From Trueperaceae bacterium (GTDB lineage: Bacteria; Deinococcota; Deinococci; Deinococcales; Trueperaceae): DNA of 64,000 nucleotides. The number at the start of each line of letters is the position of its first letter. Within the stretch, counting starts at the first letter, position 1. Positions 20,272-34,421 of the stretch are shown here, piece by piece. The position numbers were made by a program, and so were the translations under genes. The stretch spans positions 576,001 through 640,000 of the forward strand of contig JAXHNB010000006.1 of the NCBI GenBank assembly GCA_034520945.1, given 5' to 3'. The notes below the pieces were generated by a model that ran no database searches, had not been told where the DNA came from, and worked only from the letters and a program-made list of their open reading frames with translations.

Positions 20272-21216
20272 TCAACTCACGAACAGCGAGCTGACCGAGG
20301 CGTTGTCGTGGACGTTGCGGATCGCCTTCGCCAGCAGCGGCGCGACCGAGAGGACCGTGACGCGGTCGTGATGGTCGGTGAAGGGAATGGTGTCGGTCAC
20401 GACCACGCGGTGCACCGCCTCGTGGGACAGCCGCTCGAGGGCCGGGGGGGTGAACACCGCGTGCGTCGCGGCGACCGTCACCTCGCCCTCGGCGCCGAGC
20501 TTCAGGAGCGCGTCGATGCCGCGGCGCATGGTGCCGGCCGTCGAGATCATGTCGTCGATCATGATCGGCTTCAACCCGGCCACGTCGCCGATGACGTGCG
20601 TCACCTCGGTCTCGGTCGGGCTGGTGCGCCGCTTGTACAACATCGCCAGCGGCAGGTCCAAGTGGTTGGCCAGCCTGCGGGCCTCCGTGGCCCGTCCGAC
20701 GTCCGGCGACACCACCACGTGGTTCGACAGGCCGGTCTCGCGCAGGTGCCGCCCCAGGATGTCCAGCGCGGTCAGGTGGTCGACCGGGACGTCGAAGAAC
20801 CCTTGGATCTGGCCGGCGTGCAGGTCGACCGTGATCACCCGGTCGACGCCGGCGACGCTCATCAGGTTGGCGACCAGTTTGGCGGTGATCGGTTCCCGGG
20901 CCTGGACCTTCTTGTCCTGACGGGCGTACCCGAAGTAGGGGATCACGGCGTTGATCCGCCAGGCGGACGCCCGCTTGAGGGCGTCGGCCAGCACCAGCAC
21001 CTCCATCAGGTTGTGGTTCACCGGCGCCGAGGTGGACTGAATGATGTAGCAGTCGGCGCCACGGACGCTCTCGTCGATCTGGATGCGCGTCTCGCCGTCC
21101 GGGAACTGCGACACGGAGCCGTGCGAAAGGTTCATGCCGAGGTTGGCGGCCACCGCCTTCGCCAGCGCGGGGGTGGCGGTCCCGCTGAACAGTTTGACGT
21201 CGTCGCCCGGCCTCAT
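20272..21216 (-). CDS. prs: Ribose-phosphate pyrophosphokinase
   Basis: FPDGE, PYFGYARQDKK, DLHAGQIQGFF, VSPDVG, IDDMISTAGT. The start is uncertain; an in-frame GTG exists at 21330. Confidence 0.96.
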   Translation of the reverse strand: MRPGDDVKLFSGTATPALAKAVAANLGMNLSHGSVSQFPDGETRIQIDESVRGADCYIIQSTSAPVNHNLMEVLVLADALKRASAWRINAVIPYFGYARQDKKVQAREPITAKLVANLMSVAGVDRVITVDLHAGQIQGFFDVPVDHLTALDILGRHLRETGLSNHVVVSPDVGRATEARRLANHLDLPLAMLYKRRTSPTETEVTHVIGDVAGLKPIMIDDMISTAGTMRRGIDALLKLGAEGEVTVAATHAVFTPPALERLSHEAVHRVVVTDTIPFTDHHDRVTVLSVAPLLAKAIRNVHDNASVSSLFVS

Positions 21217-21478
21217 GTCCGCGGACGATGCCCCGTGTTCGGCGGACGTACGAAGAGCGGGCGCGTGTCGCGCCGCGCCCCGCGCACGCTCGGCGCGGAT
21301 CGGGTGGGGGTCGGTTCGCTCACGCTTCACCTCGCAGAGGGGAGTTCTCTGCCTCGATGGGGGACCTAGGTGCCTCGGCCGGGCGCGTCGTGACGCGGGC
21401 CGGCCCGAGTATAGCGCCCCACGCCCAGCGGGGGCCCCGCACCGGCGCCCGCTCCCTCGGACCGGGCGTCCGCCCGCT

Positions 21479-23145
<1,667 letters not shown>

Positions 23146-23149
<4 letters not shown>

Positions 23150-24213
23150 GCCTCATCCCCCGTGGCGACGTTCTCCTGCGTGTCGGGCGTGTCGGTCTGG
23201 GTGTGGGCGCGGGGTGGGTGGAGGGTGGCGGTGACGCGCTCACGAAGTTCGCGGGCGATCTCGGGATGCTCCCGCAGGTAATCGCCCACCTTTTCCTTGC
23301 CCTGCCCCAAGCGAGTATCGCCGTACGAGAACCACGACCCGCTCTTCTGAATCACGCCCAGGTCGCTGGCCACCTGAATCAGATCCCCCGTCTTATCGAT
23401 CCCCTGCCCGAACACGATGTCGATCTCCGCCTCCCGAAACGGCGGCGCGACCTTGTTCTTCGTCACCTTCACCCGCACCCGGTTCCCCACCTTGTCCGCC
23501 CCCACCTTCACGTCCCCCTTCCTGCGCACCTCGATCCGCACGCTGGTATAGAACTTCAACGCCCGACCGCCCGGCGTGGTCTCCGGATTGCCGTACATCA
23601 CCCCGATCTTCTCCCGCACCTGATTGATGAACAACGCCGTCGTGCCCGACTTCGACACCACACTCGTCAACTTCCGCAGCGCCTGACTCATCAACCGCGC
23701 CTGCAACCCCACGTGCGAATCGCCCATCTCCCCCTCGATCTCCGCACGCGGCACCAACGCCGCCACACTGTCCACCACCACCACGTCCACCGCGCCCGAG
23801 CGGACCAACAACTCCATGATCTCGAGCGCCTGCTCACCCGTGTCCGGCTGCGACACGAGCAACTCCTCCACGTCCACCCCCAACGCCTCCGCGTAACTCG
23901 GGTCCAACGCATGCTCCGCGTCCACGAACGCGGCCACGCCCCCCAACGCTTGCGCCTCCGCGATCACGTGCAACGCCAACGTCGTCTTCCCCCCCGCCTC
24001 CGGGCCGTACACCTCCACCACCCGACCCCGCGGGACGCCCCCCACCCCCAACGCCAGATCCACACTCATCGACCCCGTCGAAATGACCCCCACCCGCTCC
24101 CGCGACGCCTCATCCCCCAACCGCATCACCGCACCCTTCCCATACGTACGCTCGATCTGCGAAAGGGTGCGGTTCAACGCCTCGCGGCGCGCATCGTCGT
24201 TCTTATCGGCCAT
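23146..24213 (-). CDS. recA: Recombinase RecA
   Basis: [58 protein letters not shown] at 24213 with GGAGG. Confidence 0.98.
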
Positions 24214-24247
24214 GTTCGCCTCCAACGCGCCGGGGCGCGCCCTACGT

Positions 24248-25501
24248 TCACTCGTCGTCGGACCGCAGTCGGCGTCGCAGGAGGTCGAGGGCGCGTACGG
24301 TGATGCGTTCGCGCAGCCAGGACGAGGTCCGTTCCGATACCGGCACGGCGAGCGCCGCCCGGCCGAACCAACCGTCGAGGACGACCTCCACCGTGGCGTC
24401 GCGCTCGGTCCCGTCCGCACGCAACGCGCCCACTGCGATCGCTGCGTCCGCGGCGAAGAACGCGCGGGCGCCGGCCGCAGCGTGCGCGACGGACACACCG
24501 TCGCCCGCGAACGGTGGCACGCCTGGCCGGGCCCCGCGCACGTCCCTCGCTTCGGTCGACCATGGTACCACGGCGCCCAGGACCGCCTCTCGCGCGCCCG
24601 GAACGGCCCTGAGTCGCCCCGTTAGCGCGCCGCCGGTGGCGTCCTCGACCACCGCCAAGCGAGCCCCGCGGCGCAGCACGCCGCGCAACGCGACCTCTTC
24701 GAGGACGTCGTCGTCGCGGCCCCACGTCGCGTCCCCGAGGCGTCGCGCGAGCGTGTCAGCGACGGGACGCCCCAGCGCCTCCGCCGCCTCCGCGTCGTCG
24801 CCCTTCGCGGCGATGCGGACGTGCACCCCATCATTGCGGGCATAGGTGGCCACCGTCGGGTTGGCGCCCACCGCCAGTGCGCCGATCAGGTCGGCGATCT
24901 CGGATTCGCCCAGGCCGGCGGTCTTCAGGGTCGAGGCCCACAGCCGCGCCTCAGGCAGGGGCAGGGCGGGGAACAACGCGTGCTCCGCCATCCGGGTCAT
25001 TTCGAACGGCGGCCCCGGCAGCGCCGCGATCCAACGCGGCCGGCCGTTCCGGGACACGGGCACCAGCCAGCCGGGCGCGGTGCCGCGCGGATTCGGCAAC
25101 ACCGTCGCTGAGGGCAGCCGCCACGCCTGCTTCAGGTTTCGCTCGGGCATGGGCCGTCCCAGGCGGGCGAACCTCGCCCGCAGTACGCGTTCCTGTTCGG
25201 GATCCACGAACGGCGTCTCGCCGGTGAGCGCCGCGATGGCTTCGCGGGTGACGTCGTCCTCGGTGGGGCCCAGGCCGCCGCAGACGACCACCAGGTCGGC
25301 GCGGTCCAGCGCTCGATCGAGCGCCGCCCGCAGGCGCGTGACGTTGTCGCCGATGCGGAGCGAACGGTAGACGTCCACGCCGCGCGCCGCCAGCGCGGCC
25401 GCCAGCCACGCCGTGTTGGTGTCGTCGATCTCGCCGAGCAGCAACTCGGTGCCGACGGCGATCGTCTCTGCGTTGCGTACGAGGGGGGACGGGCCGGGCA
25501 T
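24248..25501 (-). CDS. cinA: CinA-family protein (MoCF-like N domain plus degenerate PncC C domain)
   Basis: [44 protein letters not shown]. Lies directly upstream of recA. Confidence 0.92.
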   Translation of the reverse strand: MPGPSPLVRNAETIAVGTELLLGEIDDTNTAWLAAALAARGVDVYRSLRIGDNVTRLRAALDRALDRADLVVVCGGLGPTEDDVTREAIAALTGETPFVDPEQERVLRARFARLGRPMPERNLKQAWRLPSATVLPNPRGTAPGWLVPVSRNGRPRWIAALPGPPFEMTRMAEHALFPALPLPEARLWASTLKTAGLGESEIADLIGALAVGANPTVATYARNDGVHVRIAAKGDDAEAAEALGRPVADTLARRLGDATWGRDDDVLEEVALRGVLRRGARLAVVEDATGGALTGRLRAVPGAREAVLGAVVPWSTEARDVRGARPGVPPFAGDGVSVAHAAAGARAFFAADAAIAVGALRADGTERDATVEVVLDGWFGRAALAVPVSERTSSWLRERITVRALDLLRRRLRSDDE

Positions 25502-25575
25502 GCGGCACTGTATCGCCGCGAGCTGCGACCGCGGGGAGACACGGGCTGCCCCGGGGGCCGGTGCTAGCATGACGC

Positions 25576-27063
25576 ATGGACGGTACGAGCCCCGTGACCG
25601 CCGAACGGCAACGCGACGTGCCTCGCCCGCGGACGCTTGGGGAGTTGCGCGGAAGTCCCTGGGCCGAGCATGCCGGGCGCAGCGTCAAGGACGAACTGCG
25701 CATCAACCTGCTCCGAAGACTCGAGGAGGGCGCGCCGCTGTTCCCGGGCGTGGTGGGCTACGACGACAGCGTGGTGCCCGGTCTGGTCAACGCCATCCTG
25801 AGCCGGCACAACTTCATCCTGCTGGGCCTGCGCGGCCAGGCCAAGACGCGGCTGTTGAGGCGGCTGGTCGATCTGCTGGATCCCATCGTACCGGTGCTGG
25901 CCGGTTCCGAGCTGAACGACGACCCCTTGGCGCCGGTGTCGCAGGAGGGGCGGGACGTCGTGGCCGAGCACGGCGACGCGGCCGAGGTGGAATGGTTGCC
26001 CCGTGAGGCGCGCTACGTGGAGAAGCTGGCCACGCCCGACGTGACCGTGGCCGACATGATCGGCGACATCGACCCCATCAAGGCGTCGCGCCTGGGGACC
26101 CGCCTGGGCGACGCGCGCAGCGTGCACTACGGCTTGCTGCCGCGCGCGAATCGCGGCGTGTTCGCCATGAACGAGCTGCCGGACCTGTCCGGCAAGGTGC
26201 AGGTGGCGCTGTTCAACGTGATGCAGGAGGGCGACGTCCAGATCAAGGGGTATCCCGTGCGGCTGCCGCTGGACGTGATGCTGGTGTTCAGCGCCAACCC
26301 GGAGGACTACACCGCCCGGGGCAAGATCATCACGCCGCTCAAGGACCGCATCGGCAGCGAGGTCCGCACGCACTACCCGCGCACCGTGGCGGAGGGCATG
26401 CGCGTCACGCGGCAGGAGGCCTGGACGGACCGCGAGGGGCGCACGGTGGTGGTGCCCGACTACGTCCGCGAAGCCATCGAGCAGGTCGCGTTTGCCGCCC
26501 GTGAGGACGCGCGCGTCGACGCGCATTCGGGCGTGTCGCAGCGCTTGCCGATCACCCTGATGGAGACGGTGGTGTCCAACGCGGAGCGACGCGGCCTGCG
26601 GCTCGGCGAGGAACGCCCCGTGGCGCGGATGCGGGACCTGTACCAGTCCCTGTCGGCGGTGACCGGCAAGCTGGAGCTCGAGTACGAAGGCGAGCTCCGC
26701 GGCGGCGAGAACGTGGCGCGCGAGCTGGTCCGCCAGGGCATCGGCCGGGCGTTCGCGTCGCACGCCGGCGAGCTGGACGTCGACGAGATCGTGGCCTGGT
26801 TCGAGGAGGAGAACGCCCTCCGCCTGCCGGACGAGCGCCCCACCGCGGCGTTGCTGGAGCTGTTGGCCGAGGTGCCGGGCCTGCTGGACGCCGCCGACCG
26901 CGTGGCGGGCGACGGGGACCCGGGCCTGCGCGCCGCAGCCGCAGAGTTCGTCCTGGAGGGCCTCCACGCCCGCCGGAAGGTGGGGCGCAGCGAGGAGCGC
27001 GGCTTCACCGCCCCCGAGCCCGACGCCCGCGGCGCGACCGGAGCGAGGCGCCGCTTCAACTGA
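25576..27063 (+). CDS. AAA+ ATPase, ChlI/MoxR-related
   Basis: GLRGQAKTR Walker A-like motif, [36 protein letters not shown]. Confidence 0.9.
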   Translation: MDGTSPVTAERQRDVPRPRTLGELRGSPWAEHAGRSVKDELRINLLRRLEEGAPLFPGVVGYDDSVVPGLVNAILSRHNFILLGLRGQAKTRLLRRLVDLLDPIVPVLAGSELNDDPLAPVSQEGRDVVAEHGDAAEVEWLPREARYVEKLATPDVTVADMIGDIDPIKASRLGTRLGDARSVHYGLLPRANRGVFAMNELPDLSGKVQVALFNVMQEGDVQIKGYPVRLPLDVMLVFSANPEDYTARGKIITPLKDRIGSEVRTHYPRTVAEGMRVTRQEAWTDREGRTVVVPDYVREAIEQVAFAAREDARVDAHSGVSQRLPITLMETVVSNAERRGLRLGEERPVARMRDLYQSLSAVTGKLELEYEGELRGGENVARELVRQGIGRAFASHAGELDVDEIVAWFEEENALRLPDERPTAALLELLAEVPGLLDAADRVAGDGDPGLRAAAAEFVLEGLHARRKVGRSEERGFTAPEPDARGATGARRRFN

Positions 27064-27074
27064 GGAGGGCCATC

Positions 27075-28307
27075 GTGCCGGCCACGCGCTATTCCAAGTA
27101 CGAGGCCACGCTCCAGGACCTGGACATGGCCGAACTGATGAAGATGATGCAGGACCGCCTGCTGAGCTCGGGCTTCGACCGGGACCCGTTCGATCCCGAT
27201 CCGGACGAGGGACGCACCCTCCGCGACCTGTACGAGGCGATCCTGGAGGCGTTGGTCCGCAACGACCTGGTTCCGGAGTCGATGATCGACGAGGCGCTTC
27301 AGGCGGACGACTGGATGGACGGCGAGCTCGGCGACGTGGTGCGCGACCTGGCCCGCCGCCTGGAGCAGGAGGGGTACCTCCGCGGCGAGGACGGCCAGCC
27401 GATCGGAGAGGGGGGCGCCTCGGCCGACGGTGAGGCCGACGAGGCCCGCTTCCAGTTGACGGACAAGTCGATCGACTTCCTCGGGTACCGGACGCTGCGC
27501 GACGTGCTCGGGGCCGAGGGGAGCGGCACCTTCGGGGAGCACGAGACCCGGGCCCGGGTCGCCGGCGTCGAGGCGGAAGGGGAGAGCCGTCCGTACCGCT
27601 TCGGCGACGCGCTGAACCTGGACGTGGCCGAGACGTTCAAGTCCGCCTACGGCCGCACGTCAGCCGGTTCGCCGCTTCAGTTCGAGGAGGACGACCTGCA
27701 CGTGCATCAGGCCGAACACCACGCCTCGGCGGCGACGGTGGTGATGCTGGACTGCAGCCACTCCATGATCCTGTACGGCGAGGACCGGTTCACCCCCGCC
27801 AAGCAGGTGGCGTTGGCGTTGGCCCACATGATCCGCACCGAGTACCGGGGCGACACGGTGCGGTTCGTGCTGTTCCACGACGCGGCCGAGGAGATCCCGT
27901 TGAGCCGCCTCGCCCAGGCGCAGGTGGGGCCGTTCCACACCAACACCGCGCAGGGCCTGCGCATGGCGCGGACGCTCCTGAAGCGCCAGCACAAAGAGAT
28001 GAAACAGATCGTGATGATCACCGACGGCAAGCCGTCGGCGATCACCCTGCCCGGCGGGCGCGTGTACAAGAACGCCTACGGGCTGGACAGAATGGTCATG
28101 GGCGAGACCCTGAGCGAGGTGGGGGCCTGCCGGCGCGACGGCGTCCAGATCAACACCTTCATGCTGGCGCGCGACCCGGAGCTGGTCGCCTTCGTGCAAC
28201 GCATCAGCGCCATGACGCGCGGCCGCGCCTACTTCACGACGCCGCACACCATCGGCCGCTACGTGCTGCAGGATTTCCGCGCGCGTCGCACGCGCACGGT
28301 GAACTGA
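27075..28307 (+). CDS. von Willebrand factor A domain protein, partner of the AAA+ ATPase
   Basis: MIDAS motif DCSHSM, TNTAQGL, ITDGKPS. GAGGAGG SD. Confidence 0.9.
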   Translation: MPATRYSKYEATLQDLDMAELMKMMQDRLLSSGFDRDPFDPDPDEGRTLRDLYEAILEALVRNDLVPESMIDEALQADDWMDGELGDVVRDLARRLEQEGYLRGEDGQPIGEGGASADGEADEARFQLTDKSIDFLGYRTLRDVLGAEGSGTFGEHETRARVAGVEAEGESRPYRFGDALNLDVAETFKSAYGRTSAGSPLQFEEDDLHVHQAEHHASAATVVMLDCSHSMILYGEDRFTPAKQVALALAHMIRTEYRGDTVRFVLFHDAAEEIPLSRLAQAQVGPFHTNTAQGLRMARTLLKRQHKEMKQIVMITDGKPSAITLPGGRVYKNAYGLDRMVMGETLSEVGACRRDGVQINTFMLARDPELVAFVQRISAMTRGRAYFTTPHTIGRYVLQDFRARRTRTVN

Positions 28308-28332
28308 GGCGTGCGCCGAGCCGGGGCCGGCG

Positions 28333-29130
28333 TCACTGTCCCCGGCGGGCCAAGTCGTCCAACGCCTGCACCGCCGGCGTGTAGTTCGGGTCGATGCTGC
28401 GGGCGGCCTTGAAGTCCTGCTCGGCCTGCGCCAGGTCGCCCTCCCTCTCGTGCAGCTGCCCCAGGCGGTAGAACGCCTCCACGTACGCGACCGGCGGCGG
28501 CCCCACCCCGCCGACGTCGCCGCGCTCGAACACCACGATGGCGGTCTCGAAGGCCTCCATGGCCCCCTCGGTGCGGTCCTGAAGGGCGAGGATCCGGCCG
28601 CGGTTCAGGTGCGGCCAGGGTTCGCGCTGCCCCCGCTCGGTCTCGGCTGCCGCGGCGTAGGCGTCCAGGGCCTCCTCGAACAGGCCGGCCCGCCACGCCA
28701 CCAACCCCAGATCCATGCCGTGCTGGTAGTCGCGACTGCGCCGAAAGGCGTCGCGGAGCGACCGGAGGGCGCCCTCGGGGTCCCCCTCCTCGGCCCGAAG
28801 CAGGCCGTCCAGGTGCCGGTAGGCGGGTGGGGGTGGGCTGGAGGCCAGGGTGAGGGCTTCGCTGAGCTCACGGCGGGCGGTGGCCATGTCGTCGGTCAGC
28901 CAGGCGGCGCGGGCGTACAGGAAGTGCGCCTCGGGATCGCCGGGCACGCGCTCCACCAGGTTCGGCCCCTCCAGTTGCGCGGCCGCGTTGTAGTAGCCGC
29001 GTGCCAGCAGGTCGCGCATCGCCTGGTGCGGGTTGGCCTGCCCGGTCGCGGCGCCCAAGAGCACGGCGGCGGCCACCGCGACCGAGGTGAGCATCGACCC
29101 GCGCAGGGAGGGCGTACGCAGTGTCGTCAT
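28333..29130 (-). CDS. Exported TPR-repeat protein
   Basis: Signal-like N terminus. TPR-like units such as EAFYRLGQLHEREGDLAQAEQDFKAARSIDP. Confidence 0.8.
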   Translation of the reverse strand: MTTLRTPSLRGSMLTSVAVAAAVLLGAATGQANPHQAMRDLLARGYYNAAAQLEGPNLVERVPGDPEAHFLYARAAWLTDDMATARRELSEALTLASSPPPPAYRHLDGLLRAEEGDPEGALRSLRDAFRRSRDYQHGMDLGLVAWRAGLFEEALDAYAAAAETERGQREPWPHLNRGRILALQDRTEGAMEAFETAIVVFERGDVGGVGPPPVAYVEAFYRLGQLHEREGDLAQAEQDFKAARSIDPNYTPAVQALDDLARRGQ

Positions 29131-29139
29131 GTCGCCATG

Positions 29140-30156
29140 CTATCGGTCCGAGATGAGATCGGCGTTTCGCGCCGGCGCGTGCCGCAGGGCGGCGTCCAAC
29201 CAGTCGAGGCCGTGCGCGGCGCGACGCAGAAGCTCGTCCCGCCGGTGCTGCGCCAGCGGCTGGCGCGCCCGCACCACCGCGCGCAGCGTGTCCCCGTCGA
29301 CCGGCACCGCCACGCCCGGGGCGCCGCTGTCGGCCAGGAAGCCGTCCACCTTCGGGTCGTAGACGACGCCCGCGTGTCCGCGGCCGGCCACGGTGGCCAG
29401 AATCAATCCGTGCAGCCGGACCGAGACCACGAACGCGGCCTCGGCGCACCGGTCCAGCGCCTCCGCGGGTCCCTCGGCCGTCACCGCCTCCGCGCCGGGC
29501 GCGTGGTCCAGCAGGCGTGCGGCGGCGGCCTGGTCGGCGCCGGGTTGCATCGCCAGCACCCGCACCCGCTCGCCCTCCCGGAGCGCGTCGCGCGCGACCG
29601 CCGCCAACGCCGTTTCGGTCCCGGCCACGCCGGCCCGTGGGATCAGCAGCAGTCCCGCGCCGTCACGCGCGGTGGGCGGGGGGAGGGTGAGCGCCGGGTC
29701 GGCGGCGAGGTGCGACGGAACGCCGAGGGCACGCAGCGCGGCGCGCGAGGGGCGGTCACGCACCGCGACGGGCAGGCCGCGGAGGGCCCGGCCGACGCGT
29801 TTCGCGCCGCGGGCGCTCAACGGCCCCACCGATTGGCCGAACACGATCACGCGTCGGCGCAGACGGCGGGCCAGCCGGATCACCCCAAGATAGTAGGTCA
29901 GGCTTCGGGCGCTGGTCCCGTCCTGCAGCAGGCCGCCGCCGCCCGAGACCAGGGCGTCGCAGCGCGCCAGCGCCCACGGCACGCCGTGCAGCCGGTGGTG
30001 GGCCGCGACGCCGTGGGCCGCGCGGGTGGCGGCGGGGTCGGCCGACAGCGCGGCCACCTCGTGCCCCCGGTCCTGCAGGGCGCGCGCCACGGCCGCGAAC
30101 AGCGCCTCGTCGCCCAGGTTGCCGAAGCCCAGATAGCCCGACACCAACACCTTCAT
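29140..30156 (-). CDS. csaB: Polysaccharide pyruvyl transferase CsaB
   Basis: VLVSGYLGFGNLGDEA, SGGGGLLQDGTSARSLTYY, GQSVGPL, VRD, RLHGLI, YDPKV. Confidence 0.9.
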   Translation of the reverse strand: MKVLVSGYLGFGNLGDEALFAAVARALQDRGHEVAALSADPAATRAAHGVAAHHRLHGVPWALARCDALVSGGGGLLQDGTSARSLTYYLGVIRLARRLRRRVIVFGQSVGPLSARGAKRVGRALRGLPVAVRDRPSRAALRALGVPSHLAADPALTLPPPTARDGAGLLLIPRAGVAGTETALAAVARDALREGERVRVLAMQPGADQAAAARLLDHAPGAEAVTAEGPAEALDRCAEAAFVVSVRLHGLILATVAGRGHAGVVYDPKVDGFLADSGAPGVAVPVDGDTLRAVVRARQPLAQHRRDELLRRAAHGLDWLDAALRHAPARNADLISDR

Positions 30157-31982
30157 GCTCGGGCGAGCCAGCCCCGCGCGAGGCGCAACGCCAGGCGCGC
30201 CAGCGGCACCAGCAGGTAGCCCAGTGCGACCCCGAGGGTCAGCGCGACCACGGTGCGTTCCAGCGACACCGCCAGGGGCGTGTGGTAGTGGCTGAAGCTG
30301 TTCAGGATGCTGGCTTGGGCGATCACGCCGCCGGTGAGGAGCGGCGCGCGGATCCAGGCGGGCCACCCTTCGCCCGTGACCCCCAGCACGCCCAACGGGT
30401 GGCCCAGCAACTCCTTGAAGCGCGGCCGGGCGAACCAGCTGGACAACGCTTCGCGCACCTCGAGCTCCAGGGCGCTGGCGCCGATCAGCGGCGTGTTGCC
30501 GCGGCGGATCACCACCAAGGCCAGCGCCGCCAACGCGACCATCACCAGGGCGGCGGGGCCGATGCGGATCGGTTGCGCCCACAGCGTGCGGACCCACGCC
30601 GCGGCGCCCCGGTGACGCAACGCCGCGTGCGCCAGGTACAGCGCCGGCGGCACCACCAGCGTCGCCGCGACGCCGCGGAACGGCGCCAACGCCAGCACCG
30701 AGGCGCGGTCGCTGCCGACGGCGACCAGCAGCGCCGCCCCCGCCAGCGTCACGGCGGTGGCGCGCAGCCACGCCGCCCGGTCGTTGGCGAACAGGGCGTA
30801 GCCGAGCACGGGGAACACCAAGGCGGCGGCCAGGGCGATCGCGTCGAACGACGCGCCCGCGGCCGCCAGGCACAGCGCGGCGACGCCCAGTGCGATCCCG
30901 GGTCCCCAAGCGCCCGGGTACGACGTCGCCAGCAGCGCCAGGCCGGCCAGGACGCCGAGCGCCGCCGCCAGGCGCAGCCACGGCGCCGGGTCGTACCCGG
31001 CCAGCTCGTCCCGGGCGGTCGGCAGCGGCCCCACGGTGAAGCCCTCGGCGGCCAAGGTCCGACGCAAGCCGGTGATCACGGCCTCGGTGTTCGCCAGCAT
31101 GGCGCCCTGTTGCTGCTCGGTGTAGGGGCGGAGGTACAGCAGCCGGACGTTGCGTTCGCTGGCGGCCAGGAGGTACTTGTCGACCAGCTCCTCCGGCGCC
31201 AGGCGCCGGTTGACGTAGTCCTGGTTGAAGCTGAGCAGACGCACGGTCGGAACCTTGCCGCGCAGCGCCTCGAAGCCGTCCTGCGGCGTGCCCTCGATGA
31301 TGGCGGTCAGGTATGCCTGCGATCCCTCCACCAGGCCCCTGAGGTCGTGCGGGTGGCCCGCGACGTCCAGCCCCGCGTGCACCAGGTAGCGCGCCTCCGG
31401 CGGGAAGTCGCGGCCCACCTGCCGCAGCCCCGGCGCGTTGCGCGGGCGGTAGGCCAGGTCGAAGCCGGCATCCGCGTAGCGCTGCACCGCCGCCGGGTCG
31501 GGCCCGCCCGGCTGCACCTCCATCACGTCGCCGGAAAACGCGTACCACGTCGTGCCGGCCAACTGGACCTCCGCGGGCGGCGTGGCGGCCTTGGCCCGCA
31601 TGCGCGCCGTCGCCCCCGGCGCCACATCCCGCACGAGCGTCACGTTCGGAGGCAACTCCGGGGCGGGCCGGCCCGCGGCCAGGGCGGCGGCGGTGAGCTC
31701 CGAGCCGAGCGCCGCGGCGGCCCGGCCGGATTCTGCCAGGCTCTCCGGCGTCTGTTCGTACAGGGCGATCCCCGTCAGGCCGAGGTCCTGGTAATGCCGC
31801 GCCAGCTCGAACGTGTCGCGGCCCAGCGCCGACGCCTGCTCGGCCAGGGCCTCGTGGTCCATCACCATCGCGACGTCGCGGGTGCCGTCCTCCACGCCGA
31901 GCCGCTCGAAGATCAACCACGCGGCCGGCAGCAGCGACACCGCCAGCAACGCCCACGCCGCCCGGCGGGCGCGTTCACGCAC
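30153..31982 (-). CDS. DUF5693-like membrane protein (usual csaB neighbour)
   Basis: N-terminal TM, LAASERNVRLLYLRP, multi-TM C terminus with RPRFKELLGHP and SILNSFSHYHTPL. Confidence 0.8.
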   Translation of the reverse strand: MRERARRAAWALLAVSLLPAAWLIFERLGVEDGTRDVAMVMDHEALAEQASALGRDTFELARHYQDLGLTGIALYEQTPESLAESGRAAAALGSELTAAALAAGRPAPELPPNVTLVRDVAPGATARMRAKAATPPAEVQLAGTTWYAFSGDVMEVQPGGPDPAAVQRYADAGFDLAYRPRNAPGLRQVGRDFPPEARYLVHAGLDVAGHPHDLRGLVEGSQAYLTAIIEGTPQDGFEALRGKVPTVRLLSFNQDYVNRRLAPEELVDKYLLAASERNVRLLYLRPYTEQQQGAMLANTEAVITGLRRTLAAEGFTVGPLPTARDELAGYDPAPWLRLAAALGVLAGLALLATSYPGAWGPGIALGVAALCLAAAGASFDAIALAAALVFPVLGYALFANDRAAWLRATAVTLAGAALLVAVGSDRASVLALAPFRGVAATLVVPPALYLAHAALRHRGAAAWVRTLWAQPIRIGPAALVMVALAALALVVIRRGNTPLIGASALELEVREALSSWFARPRFKELLGHPLGVLGVTGEGWPAWIRAPLLTGGVIAQASILNSFSHYHTPLAVSLERTVVALTLGVALGYLLVPLARLALRLARGWLARA

Positions 31983-32636
31983 GCTTCGCCCCCTCGGCGG
32001 GGGGGTCCTTCGCCTTCGTGCCGGCCCGGATCGACGTCTCGACGAAGCTGGCCAGGACGGCCAACGCGATCTCGTTGCGGCCGCCCTCGGGCACGATCAG
32101 GTCGGCGTACTGCTTGGTGGGCTCCACGTACAGGTCGTGCATCGGTTTGACGGTCTGGCGGTACTGGGCGATCACGCCGTCGGCGTCGCGGCCGCGCTCG
32201 TGGACGTCGCGTTCCAGCCGCCGGATGAAGCGTTCGTCGGGTGGGGCGTCCACGAACACCCTCAAGGTCATCCGCTCGCGCAGGCTGGCTTCGTGAAGGA
32301 CCAGGATGCCCTCCACCACCATCACGGGGTGGGGGTCCACGCGCACGGTGGCGTCCAAGCGGTCGTGCCGGCCGAAGTCGTACACCGGTCGGTCGACGCC
32401 GCGGCCCTCCAGCAACGCGTCCAGGTCCCGGACCAGCGCCTCCGTCTCGAACGCGGCGGGTTCGTCGTAGTTGGTGCGGGCGCGCGCCTCGAACGGGCGG
32501 CCCGGTTGGGCCCGGTAGTACGCGTCGTGCGGGAGGATGGCGGCACGGCCGTTCGCGGCCTGGACGATGGCATCGGCCACGGTGCTCTTGCCCGCGCCGG
32601 TCCCGCCCGCCAGCCCGATCACCACCGGGCGGGGAT

Positions 32637-32640
<4 letters not shown>
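31975..32640 (-). CDS. udk: Uridine kinase
   Basis: IGLAGGTGAGKST, HDAYY, VEGILVL, RRLERDVHERGR, VEPTKQYADLIVP. Confidence 0.95.
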
Positions 32641-34328
<1,688 letters not shown>

Positions 34329-34421
34329 GAGCCTCACCTTCTCCGGGACGTCAGCGTACCACCCGTCGTTGCGCGATTCGGCCCGTGCCGCCGTGGGCGG
34401 GACCATGGTAGGTTGCGCCCC

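Noticed and set aside
24214..24247. Possible radiation-desiccation response motif before recA
   Set aside because: The spacer is GC-rich and lacks the AT-rich palindrome.
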